A stretch of DNA of 60,467 nucleotides from Patescibacteria group bacterium. Lineage in GTDB: Bacteria > Patescibacteriota > Minisyncoccia > 2-02-FULL-40-12 > IGHO2-01-FULL-4-A. The first letter of the stretch is position 1, and every line of letters begins with the position of its first letter. Under the pieces are notes generated by a model. That model saw nothing but the letters and a program-made list of their open reading frames with translations, ran no database searches and was not told where the DNA came from. The position numbers and the translations under genes were made by a program. Of this stretch, positions 18,904-27,125 are shown piece by piece. Where the stretch lies: NCBI GenBank assembly GCA_038061865.1, contig JBBTYI010000009.1:1-60467 (forward strand). The letters run 5' to 3'.

Positions 18904-19060
18904 ATTCGCATGCGCTATTCGTAAACGTATGTAACCATTTTAGAAGTTAAGGCTAGCACGAATATTAAAAATAATCAATGAATAATTCGCGTGCGCTACA
19001 AACGATTCGCATGCGCTATTCGTAAGCGTATGTAACCACTATTTGTAAGCGTAGGTAACT
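18904..19060. repeat. Two near-identical 34-bp direct repeats (18904-18937 and 19005-19038) plus degenerate units, upstream of the DksA-like gene
   Basis: attcgcatgcgctattcgta[a/g][a/c]gtatgtaacca occurs twice about 67 bp apart; partial copies at 18985-19004 and 19040-19059. Confidence 0.65.
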
Positions 19061-19126
19061 ATTTCTGGGTAATAAAAAGGACATCAAACAAGTAACCCAC
19101 AAGAAGATGTGTGGACAATTAGCGGA

Positions 19127-20335
19127 TTATTTGCCGGGGACTGCGTTGGGGTCGATGCTTTTTATTTTATCGATCACCGCGTAAATGTGGGTTTTTGAAC
19201 TGGCAAAAACCAAGTAACTTTCGCCGTTGGGCGCATCCACTACGGCATAATCAACTGTATCCAACGGATCGGGAAAGTTGCGGTAGCGGATAGCCGCGCC
19301 TTGATAAGTGTTATCTAGAAAACCAGTGGAGATGGCCCGCGCTACATTCAGGCGAAACAGGTTTTTCAGATCATTTGAAATGGTAGTTTCCCAGTTTCTC
19401 AACGCGGCGCCCGCCGCGGCCGAGTCATTGACTTTAACGATCCAGCCGTAGCTAAAAGTGCTGTCATTCTTACGCATCAGGGAGGCATAGAATTGGCCAT
19501 CATTTAAAGCGGCAATCAAAGTAGCTGGCGCGTTCGGAAAGCTAGCGGAAGCAAACTGGCTAAAAGGAAAATGTTCGCCGCTAACTGGATCGCCTATCTT
19601 ATAAAGCGCTGGGTCACCTAGGGTCAAACTTTGGGTATCACTTAGGCTAGTTAAGCTAGCGAAGAGATCGGGAGTAACATTGGCAATCGGCCCATACACT
19701 TGGGTAAAGACCGTTTCCAGCGGCGGTATGACCACCGGAGTCGGAGTAACCGTAATGCTCGGGGTCGGTGATTCAACGACGGCCGGCGAGGGCTCATAGA
19801 AAACCAAAAACCAAAGCGAAAAACCGCCAATTATCAAAACGGTCAGAATAGCCAGCAATCCGGAACGGCCGAAAACCGGTTTTTTAGGAGTTGGCGGTAC
19901 GGCGATTTGCGCGCTGATGCCGGGCGATGGCCGACTGGTCGGAATCCCGGCAGGAGGAGGAGGGGCAAAAACAGGCCGAGGCGGGGAGACGGGTGATGCA
20001 GGTGTAATAGGCGGTTTTGGAACCACTGAAATAGGTCTTTCCGGAGTAATACCAATGGGAGGTTTCCCTTTGCTCAAAGCGGTTAAATCATCCTGCATTG
20101 TGCGAATTGACGATTTAATATTTGGGCTGGGTGCCGGCGGCGGCATCGTCCCCGCCATAGTTTTTGGCGCTGGGGGTGAAAAAATCACAGGGCCGGTCGG
20201 AGACGGCTGGGGCGGTTTTAACGGAGAAGGGGGAGGCGCCGGCGGGCGGGCGGGGGATGGCGGAATATTTCCGGTTGGTAAATTCGGCGGCGGAATTTTG
20301 AGGTCGAAACCGGAAGATTGGTTTTGATCGGCCAT
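19127..20335 (-). CDS. Proline-rich membrane-anchored hypothetical protein
   Basis: The start was trimmed to MADQNQ. An approximately 150-aa Pro-rich N-terminal region is followed by one TM helix (LLAILTVLIIGGFSLWFLVF) and an extracytoplasmic domain. Confidence 0.5.
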   Translation of the reverse strand: MADQNQSSGFDLKIPPPNLPTGNIPPSPARPPAPPPSPLKPPQPSPTGPVIFSPPAPKTMAGTMPPPAPSPNIKSSIRTMQDDLTALSKGKPPIGITPERPISVVPKPPITPASPVSPPRPVFAPPPPAGIPTSRPSPGISAQIAVPPTPKKPVFGRSGLLAILTVLIIGGFSLWFLVFYEPSPAVVESPTPSITVTPTPVVIPPLETVFTQVYGPIANVTPDLFASLTSLSDTQSLTLGDPALYKIGDPVSGEHFPFSQFASASFPNAPATLIAALNDGQFYASLMRKNDSTFSYGWIVKVNDSAAAGAALRNWETTISNDLKNLFRLNVARAISTGFLDNTYQGAAIRYRNFPDPLDTVDYAVVDAPNGESYLVFASSKTHIYAVIDKIKSIDPNAVPGK

Positions 20336-20402
20336 GCTAACACAACTGCCAACTTCCAATTTCTAACTAATAAAGCATTCGTTAGCGATTGGCGGTTAGC
20401 AA

Positions 20403-22532
20403 TTAGTTGTTGCGCGAGCGCATTGTCAGATTTATTCTACCATACTCATCAATATTTTTTACCCACACGTGGACAACTTGACCAAGCTTCAAAATATCGG
20501 CCGGCCGGCGGATGTGTTCGCCGGCGATTTCCGAGACGTGCACCATTCCTTCCTGGCCGGGTTTAAATTCAACAAATGCTCCAAAATCCATTAGTCGCGT
20601 TACTTGCCCCTTAAACTCATCACCGGGTTTGGCTTCGTAGGTCAGCTCTTCAATCCACTTGATTGCTTTTCCCATCCCTTCGGGGTCGATAGAAGTTATA
20701 AACACCGAGCCGTCATCTTCAATATCAATCTGCACTCCGGTTTTGTCTATAATTTCATTTATCACTTTGCCCTGCGGACCGATAACGGTTCTGATTTTTT
20801 CCGGATTAATTTTAATGATTTTCACCCGGGGCGCGTAAACGGATAATTCCGGGCGGGGCGTGCTGATGGCTTTGCTCATTTGCTCAAGGATTTCTAAGCG
20901 GGCTTGTTTAGTCTGGGCCAGTACTTTCTCCAGCACTTCAATACCAATGCCTTCCACCTTGACATCCATCTGCATTGCCGTGATACCGTCTCTGGTGCCG
21001 GCAACTTTCATATCCATATCGCCGTGATGATCCTCCGGCCCTTGGATGTCAGTTAAGATTTTGTACTTTGGGGCTTGGCCTTCCGAAGCCTTTGGCGAAG
21101 GAGGTTCAAACATCAGGCCCATAGCGATACCGGCGGCCGGCGCTTTGATCGGCACCCCGCCGTCCATCATTGCCAATGACGCGCCGCAAACCGAAGCCAT
21201 TGAGGATGAACCGTTAGAAGACAAAATTTCGGACACCACCCGAATGGTATAGGGAAATTCTTCTTTGCTGGGAATTAACGGTTCCAGCGCCCGCTCGGCC
21301 AAGGCGCCGTGGCCGATTTCCCGCCGGCCGGTAAAACCGATCCGCCCCACTTCGCCCACGCTGAAAGGCGGAAAAACATAGTGGTGCATAAAACGTTTTT
21401 TGGTCAGATTAATTTCCATCGTCTCAATCCACTGTTCCATCCCCGGCGCGGCCAGTGTCAGCGAAGACAAGGCCTGGGTAGTACCACGTTGGAATAGCCC
21501 AGTGCCATGAGAGTGCGGAAGCACGGCAATCTCGGCGCTAATCGCCCGCAGTTCGTCAATTTTTCTACCGTCGGGACGTTTCTCCCCTTCCAGAATATTT
21601 TTGTGAACGATACGGTCAATTTCTTCCTCAAAAATCAGGTTGGCTTCTTTGATTTTTTTGTCCAGTTCCGGGTGGCCGGTAAATTGAGTGGAGAGATATT
21701 CACCCAACTCCGCCTGGGTTTTTTTCAAACCCTCCACATAGGCCTGTTTGTGCGGCGTGTAAAGCACCTTTTCCAATTTAGGCGCGACAAAATCGCTGAC
21801 CATTTTTTTCAAGGCCTCATCGTGGGCAAAAATATTCAAAGTTTTCTTGGCTGTGCCGATTTCTTCGGCGATTTTTTCCTGCAATTTGTTTAACTTTTGC
21901 AGTTCCTTGAAACCGTATTCAACCGCTTCAGCAATGTCTTTCTCCGGCACAATTTTGGCGCCGGCTTCAATCATATTGATTTTGTTGGCGGTGCCGGCCA
22001 CCACGATGTCAAAGTCGCTTTTTGGACGTTCTTCATAAGTCGGATTGGCAATCAATTTGCCGTCAACACGGCCAACCCGGACGGCGGAAATCGGGCCGTC
22101 AAAAGGGATGTCGGAAATCATCAGCGCCAGCGAGGCGCCGAACAACGCCGGAATGTCTGGGTCGTTGATTGAGTCAAAAGTCAGCACCGTAGGCACGATT
22201 TGGACTTCGTTTCGAATGTTGTGGTCAAACCGCGGGCGGATTGAGCGGTCAATCAGGCGGCCGGTCAAAATTGCTTCGTCCGAGGGCCGGGTTTCGCGCT
22301 TGATCCATCTTGAACCTTTGATCTTGCCGGCGGCGTAATACTTTTCCTCATAATCCACCGAGAGGGGAAAGTAGTCGGCGTCTTTCTCGCGTTCTGACAT
22401 GGTGGCCGTCACCAGCACGGTTGACTCCCCATACTGCACGCGGCAGGAACCATTGGCTTGCCCGGCCAGACGGCCGATTTCAACCAAAAGCGGCCTGCCG
22501 GCAAAATCCTCTTTATATGTTTTCACTTTCAT
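20403..22532 (-). CDS. pnp: Polynucleotide phosphorylase
   Basis: 709 aa; two RNase PH domains, KH and S1 C-terminal domains (GQVVHVWVKNIDEYGRINL). Confidence 0.95.
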   Translation of the reverse strand: MKVKTYKEDFAGRPLLVEIGRLAGQANGSCRVQYGESTVLVTATMSEREKDADYFPLSVDYEEKYYAAGKIKGSRWIKRETRPSDEAILTGRLIDRSIRPRFDHNIRNEVQIVPTVLTFDSINDPDIPALFGASLALMISDIPFDGPISAVRVGRVDGKLIANPTYEERPKSDFDIVVAGTANKINMIEAGAKIVPEKDIAEAVEYGFKELQKLNKLQEKIAEEIGTAKKTLNIFAHDEALKKMVSDFVAPKLEKVLYTPHKQAYVEGLKKTQAELGEYLSTQFTGHPELDKKIKEANLIFEEEIDRIVHKNILEGEKRPDGRKIDELRAISAEIAVLPHSHGTGLFQRGTTQALSSLTLAAPGMEQWIETMEINLTKKRFMHHYVFPPFSVGEVGRIGFTGRREIGHGALAERALEPLIPSKEEFPYTIRVVSEILSSNGSSSMASVCGASLAMMDGGVPIKAPAAGIAMGLMFEPPSPKASEGQAPKYKILTDIQGPEDHHGDMDMKVAGTRDGITAMQMDVKVEGIGIEVLEKVLAQTKQARLEILEQMSKAISTPRPELSVYAPRVKIIKINPEKIRTVIGPQGKVINEIIDKTGVQIDIEDDGSVFITSIDPEGMGKAIKWIEELTYEAKPGDEFKGQVTRLMDFGAFVEFKPGQEGMVHVSEIAGEHIRRPADILKLGQVVHVWVKNIDEYGRINLTMRSRNN

Positions 22533-22711
22533 CTGACAAAAACAGACGAAACAGAGAGGGGAGTAATCAGGCTTCAGGCCAAAATTCTTGAGTCATCAAG
22601 CTCTTTGGCGCGTGCCCCATCACCTTCCATTCCTCTCACTCACTACTTCATTTGTTAATTAATAATCAAACAATATTGAAACAAAAGCGGAATAAGTTTT
22701 GTTCATAAAGA

Positions 22712-22939
22712 TTAGAGCAATTCTAAGAATTCTTCTACGGTTAACTTTGCGTCGTTAATAATCGCCCGCACAAGAGATTTTTTGAGTGTTTTGCCAGCAT
22801 GAATTGGGATAACCGTTCTTGTGTTGGTCTTGGGATTTATCAGAATCAGATGACTGCCTTTTTGACGATCCTCTAAAAATCCTATTCTTTTGAGAATTTT
22901 GACAACTTTTTTGGCAACTAGAGCTGGAATCTTATCCAT
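22712..22939 (-). CDS. hicA: HicA-family toxin (YcfA-like mRNA interferase), copy 1
   Basis: 75 aa; KxVKILKRIGF...GSHLIL...IPIH motifs of HicA. Confidence 0.7.
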   Translation of the reverse strand: MDKIPALVAKKVVKILKRIGFLEDRQKGSHLILINPKTNTRTVIPIHAGKTLKKSLVRAIINDAKLTVEEFLELL

Positions 22940-22940
22940 A

Positions 22941-23198
22941 CTATCGGACGGGAAGTGAAACAGGAATCACTACAGTGCTTTGAAAAGATTTTGTTTCTTC
23001 CGGAATTGGCTCGTGGTGAGCAACCAAACTTTCTATGTAAAGCTCAATTGCTTCTTTAATATTTTTTTCAGCTTCTTCTAGAGTTTCGCCTTGGCTGTAG
23101 CAACCCGGAAGAGTTGGTGCAATCACGACAAAACCGCCATCCGGGTCTGACTCATAAAATACGGGGTAAGAATAGATTTTCTTGTTAATTTTTGACAT
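22941..23198 (-). CDS. hicB: HicB-family antitoxin (UPF0150 N-domain only), copy 1
   Basis: 85 aa; YPVFYESDPDGGFVVIAPTLPGCYSQGETLEEAEKNIKEAIELY matches the HicB N-domain; adjacent to hicA with a 1-nt gap. Confidence 0.65.
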   Translation of the reverse strand: MSKINKKIYSYPVFYESDPDGGFVVIAPTLPGCYSQGETLEEAEKNIKEAIELYIESLVAHHEPIPEETKSFQSTVVIPVSLPVR

Positions 23199-23250
23199 TT
23201 GTTCACTTTACCACATTACTTAACAAACTTAAAGGTGGAGAGGATTTGAT
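23199..23250 (-). promoter_or_regulatory. Conserved promoter/operator-like block upstream of hicB copy 1 (shared with the 24230-24290 block)
   Basis: About 40 nt are nearly identical to the sequence upstream of hicB copy 2 (aatcctctccacctttaagttt...taatgtgg). Putative -35 TTAAGT and -10 TAAAGT/TAGATT with a 16-nt spacer. Confidence 0.4.
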
Positions 23251-23761
23251 CTGCGGTTTTTTCGTAGTTGGACTGCACAAAAAACTCGAAAATGCTTTGA
23301 CTGCTTTCAATAAAGTAAAACATTTGAAATTGTGAGGGGTCTTGACGATAGAATCTCTTTACTACAATAAACTTATTACCCCCCAATATTCTCGATTTGC
23401 TTTCCGACAATAAAACTTCGGGGCTAAGGGGAATATCTCGTACCGCCGCTTCAATGTTGGAGGACTTGCTAAACAGTTCTAAGGTAATTCCACAGAATGG
23501 TGATCCGATTCCTTGATTACAACCACCATTTTCAAATATCTCTTTTTTATCAAAAGCAATTATCCCTCCAGCGGAATTGTCATAAGAAAAATTATTCGGA
23601 TACTTGACCTCAAACCCATACTCCTCATTCCGATAGGTTTGCCAGCCTGCCAGAGGGTTAGGAGTTGGACTACTTCCAGACAAATACCAGTACAACCCTA
23701 GACCGGCTAAGGTGAGAATAACGATGAGGGGGATGAGAGCAAAACCAGATTGAGTTTTCAT
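23216..23761 (-). CDS. Small secreted hypothetical protein
   Basis: 181 aa; signal/TM N-terminus (ALIPLIVILTLAGLGLYWYL); the start overlaps the hicA copy-2 stop (ATGA). Confidence 0.5.
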   Translation of the reverse strand: MKTQSGFALIPLIVILTLAGLGLYWYLSGSSPTPNPLAGWQTYRNEEYGFEVKYPNNFSYDNSAGGIIAFDKKEIFENGGCNQGIGSPFCGITLELFSKSSNIEAAVRDIPLSPEVLLSESKSRILGGNKFIVVKRFYRQDPSQFQMFYFIESSQSIFEFFVQSNYEKTADQILSTFKFVK

Positions 23762-23979
23762 TTTAGCAATTCTTCAAACTCTTGAGGAGTTATCTCGGCA
23801 TCTCTTAAAATCTTCCTCAACAAACCACGGCCTATGTCTTTATAGTCAGGAATGGTTATTGATTTTTTACTTGAGTGAGACAAACGTATATGGCTGCTTT
23901 GCCTACGAACTTCCTTATAACCAATCGTGGATAGAATTCTTACCATTTCTCTCCCTGAAAGTATTGGCAAACGAGGCAT
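23758..23979 (-). CDS. hicA: HicA-family toxin, copy 2 (divergent; GSH replaced by SSH)
   Basis: 73 aa; alignable to copy 1 (MPRLPILSGREMVRILSTIGY...SSH...IP). Confidence 0.6.
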   Translation of the reverse strand: MPRLPILSGREMVRILSTIGYKEVRRQSSHIRLSHSSKKSITIPDYKDIGRGLLRKILRDAEITPQEFEELLK

Positions 23980-23980
23980 T

Positions 23981-24229
23981 CTAGAGAATAATTGTTCTGA
24001 GGCTTAATTCTTTCGGGTGGTATGAGTTAAGAATATTGAGAGTTTTTTCTTCTTCAAGAATCATTTTTATAACTTCTCTGATATTGCCTAGTGCTTCTTT
24101 AAGAGTTTTTCCCTGCGTATAACAGCCTTCAAAAACAGGACATTCAACAACATAAAAGCCATCTTCGTCTTTCTCAATCAAAAGAGGAAGCTTTTTCCCG
24201 CGAAATTTTGATAAAGATTGAGATTTCAT
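23981..24229 (-). CDS. hicB: HicB-family antitoxin, copy 2
   Basis: 82 aa; DGFYVVECPVFEGCYTQGKTLKEALGNIREVIKM. Confidence 0.6.
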   Translation of the reverse strand: MKSQSLSKFRGKKLPLLIEKDEDGFYVVECPVFEGCYTQGKTLKEALGNIREVIKMILEEEKTLNILNSYHPKELSLRTIIL

Positions 24230-24290
24230 GTTGATAACAAATCTACCACATTATTCCAAAAACTTAAAGGTGGAGAGGATTTTAATAAAT
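24230..24290 (-). promoter_or_regulatory. Second copy of the conserved hicB upstream block; overlaps the NYN gene 3' end
   Basis: A 22-nt identical core, aaacttaaaggtggagaggatt, plus a flanking accacatta block. Confidence 0.4.
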
Positions 24291-24800
24291 CAAAAATTTC
24301 TTCTGGTCGGAGCCGAGGTCGGTGAAGACATCTACGGTTTCTTTGAGCTTGGCAGAGGTGCTGCGGTCAAAGGAGACCAGTTCCACTTTAAGCCCTTTGT
24401 TGACTTTGAGATACTCAACCAGCGGCATAAAATCGCCGTCACCGGTGACTAACACAGCCACATCAATCTTGTCAGCGAGAATCACCGCATCCACCGCCAT
24501 ACCCACATCCCAATCGGCTTTTTTCATCCCGCCGGCAAAGACCTGTAAGTCCTTGACCTTGATTTCATAGCCGCTTTTTTCCAGCGCCTCAATGAACGCT
24601 TTTTCTTCGCCGGTTTCGGTCTTGATAACATAGACAAAAGCCCGGATTAATTGACGCCCGGCCACGGCTGTTTCCAGCACTTTTTTGAAATTGACTTTGG
24701 CGTGGTAAAGATTTTTGGCCGAGTGATACATATTCTGGGCGTCAACAAAGACCCCCACGCGCTGGTGTTCCGATGTTAGATTAGATTTCCGAATTACCAT
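24282..24800 (-). CDS. NYN-domain (LabA-like/DUF88) putative RNase
   Basis: 172 aa; RVGVFVDAQNMYH...DVAVLVTGDGDFMPLV matches the NYN/LabA signature. Confidence 0.65.
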   Translation of the reverse strand: MVIRKSNLTSEHQRVGVFVDAQNMYHSAKNLYHAKVNFKKVLETAVAGRQLIRAFVYVIKTETGEEKAFIEALEKSGYEIKVKDLQVFAGGMKKADWDVGMAVDAVILADKIDVAVLVTGDGDFMPLVEYLKVNKGLKVELVSFDRSTSAKLKETVDVFTDLGSDQKKFLIY

Positions 24801-24835
24801 AAATTCCGAGTGGTGGCCAGAGGGACTACGGCAAG

Positions 24836-25102
24836 CTAACGCTTCAGTCCTAATTGTTTCACCACTTTGGCGTGTCTTTCCGGCGACTGCTTGAGCAAAT
24901 AATCCAAAAGTCGTTTGCGCTTGGCGACCATTTTCAAAAGCCCGGTGCGGGAGCTGTTGTCCTTGGCGTGCTTCTTAAGGTGCTTGGCTAGACGTTCAAT
25001 TTCTTCCGTAAACAAAGCGATCTGCACCTCGGGTGAACCGGTGTCTTTCTCATGGACGGCGTGCTTGGAAATAATGTCAGTCTTTTGTTTAGCTTTAAGC
25101 AT
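24836..25102 (-). CDS. rpsO: 30S ribosomal protein S15
   Basis: The start was trimmed to MLKAKQK (88 aa). DTGSPEVQIALFTEEI...HAKDNSSRTGLLKMVAKRKRLLDYL aligns to S15. Confidence 0.9.
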   Translation of the reverse strand: MLKAKQKTDIISKHAVHEKDTGSPEVQIALFTEEIERLAKHLKKHAKDNSSRTGLLKMVAKRKRLLDYLLKQSPERHAKVVKQLGLKR

Positions 25103-25239
25103 TGCACCTATAATACCAGAAACTAATTTAGATGACAATTCCCTTATTATGTCGTAAAATAAGACTTGTTGCGGCACACCTGTCGCAAAATGCATTGAGA
25201 TTGTACAACGTTAAGCACATCGCACAATCTCAATATCAA

Positions 25240-26178
25240 ATGCCTGACCTCAAGCAACTCAAAACCCAATTTCTGGAATATCTGGAAATTGAGAAAAACC
25301 GCTCCGCCAAGACGGCGGGGAATTACGACCATTACTTGACTAGGTTCTTGGAGTTCGCCTCCGCCCACGGACGGATCAATCGAGCTGAAGATATCACCGA
25401 AGAATTAATCCGCAAGTTCCGGCTGCAGCTCAACCGCCGGCGTGACCAATTCGGTCGGCCGCTTAAACGCGTCACCCAGAATTATCACGTTATCGCTTTG
25501 CGTTCATTCCTGAAATATTTAGCCAAGCGCGATATCCAAACGGTCTCGGCGGAAAAACTGGAGTTGGGCAAGCAGGAGGAACGGGAAGTTACCTTTCTGG
25601 AACCGCATGAGCTTGAGAGATTTTTGAAGTCGCCGTCAGGCACTGACCTAGCCAGCCGGCGCGACCGGGCAATACTTGAGACACTTTTTTCCACCGGTTT
25701 GCGGGTATCGGAACTGTGCTCGCTCAACCGGGATGAGATAGACCTCAAGCGGGGAGAGTTTTCGGTCAGAGGCAAGGGCAGCAAAATCCGGGTGGTTTTT
25801 TTATCGGACACCGCCAGCGCCGCCTTGACCAATTACTTGGATAAGCGTACTGACGCCGACCCGGCGCTGTTTATCCGCGTGCCCAAAAACGAAAAGTTTG
25901 AAAAATTTGGAGAATTGCGGCTGACGCCGCGCAGTGTCCAGCGCATCATTAAAAAATACGCCGCCGTCGCCGGCATCATCGGAAAAAAAATATCACCTCA
26001 CAGTTTACGCCATAGTTTCGCCACTGACCTTTTACGCAACGGCGCCGATATTCGTTCGGTTCAAGCCCTGCTCGGCCACGCCTCTGTCACCACCACCCAG
26101 ATCTACACCCATGTCACCGACAAACAACTGCGTGAAACCCACCAAAAATACCACGGTAAACAAAAAGGGGTGTCTTAA
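25240..26178 (+). CDS. Tyrosine recombinase, XerC/XerD family
   Basis: The start was trimmed to MPDLKQLK. SAM-like N-domain; catalytic R...HxxR...Y (LRHSFATDLL...GHASVTTTQIYTHV). Confidence 0.8.
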   Translation: MPDLKQLKTQFLEYLEIEKNRSAKTAGNYDHYLTRFLEFASAHGRINRAEDITEELIRKFRLQLNRRRDQFGRPLKRVTQNYHVIALRSFLKYLAKRDIQTVSAEKLELGKQEEREVTFLEPHELERFLKSPSGTDLASRRDRAILETLFSTGLRVSELCSLNRDEIDLKRGEFSVRGKGSKIRVVFLSDTASAALTNYLDKRTDADPALFIRVPKNEKFEKFGELRLTPRSVQRIIKKYAAVAGIIGKKISPHSLRHSFATDLLRNGADIRSVQALLGHASVTTTQIYTHVTDKQLRETHQKYHGKQKGVS

Positions 26179-26186
26179 CACCCCCG

Positions 26187-27101
26187 CTATACTTGGCGCT
26201 CGGAATAAACTGCATCAAGCCAAGAGAAGTTGGAATCAAGCTGGGAAGTGATAAAATTTCTTTCCACTTCCGGCAAAACTAAGCCATTGAGTATATCACT
26301 GAATCCAGAGCGGATTTTACCTACATCCATCTCACAACTTTCGCTCCAGAGTTTCTCGGCTAGTCGGTAAAAGCGTAAGATCGCACCTTCGCGCGTAGCG
26401 GTTACAGCCAACAGATTTTTTTCCGGCAAAGAGTCCAATTTGGTCGTGTAGCTAAGCCAATGACCAGCGTTATCAATCTCCTTTGGCCCGAACAGATCCA
26501 CAAAATAGAGTTTACCCTGTTCATTAAGAACAACGTTGGCCAGTTTTAAATCTAAGCCGTGCGGCAGCAAACTTACTTCCTGGCCGGCAACAACTTTTCG
26601 ATGAACGGATGGCGGCGGATACTTTGCCAGCGTTTCCAAAACCGAGTGGAGGATAAACCATTTACGAAAGTTTGGTTCTTCGCGATTGGCTACCATGAAT
26701 TCGCCGTCACCACCAGTAATCAGTTCCTCATAGGAAAAGATTTGCGCTTCGGTACCCAGTTCCACCGGCTGGGTATAGAACAAAATTGGCAAGTTCCAGC
26801 CATAAGCTGCCAGCTCCTTTTTATAAGGCCCCAGCCGACTGTGTAAATTAGCCGCTAATTCCAGGGAAAGCCCTCTGCCCGCACCCATTCTTTTCCACAG
26901 CACTCGCCGGGATTGGTCTTCTACCTTGTATTCCAGCACGGAAACTTTCGATTGCCGGCCTTCGCTAATTCCGCGATAAGGCACTATCTTAAAATCCGCT
27001 AGATGCTCGTGCCGCTTCAAAATATCCATTTCTTTCTCCTTCGGTTGGAAAAGTTCAGCGTGCGATTTAAAAACGTCAGTTTCCACTAACTGATTTTTCA
27101 T
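26187..27101 (-). CDS. Protein-kinase-like fold phosphotransferase (APH/CHK-like), hypothetical
   Basis: 304 aa; catalytic-loop-like PHGLDLKLANVV and DFG-like VDLFG. Confidence 0.4.
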   Translation of the reverse strand: MKNQLVETDVFKSHAELFQPKEKEMDILKRHEHLADFKIVPYRGISEGRQSKVSVLEYKVEDQSRRVLWKRMGAGRGLSLELAANLHSRLGPYKKELAAYGWNLPILFYTQPVELGTEAQIFSYEELITGGDGEFMVANREEPNFRKWFILHSVLETLAKYPPPSVHRKVVAGQEVSLLPHGLDLKLANVVLNEQGKLYFVDLFGPKEIDNAGHWLSYTTKLDSLPEKNLLAVTATREGAILRFYRLAEKLWSESCEMDVGKIRSGFSDILNGLVLPEVERNFITSQLDSNFSWLDAVYSERQV

Positions 27102-27125
27102 ATGGTAATCCTAACGTAAACTTTT

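Noticed and set aside
18409-19110. CRISPR array
   Set aside because: There are only two good 34-bp copies, with a 67-bp spacer plus degenerate partial units. The spacing is irregular, there is no leader/repeat periodicity, and there are no cas genes in the window.
24228-24452. 74-aa plus-strand ORF upstream of hicB2
   Set aside because: It overlaps the duplicated hicB promoter block and the NYN gene 3' end on the opposite strand, and is best explained as a duplication remnant.
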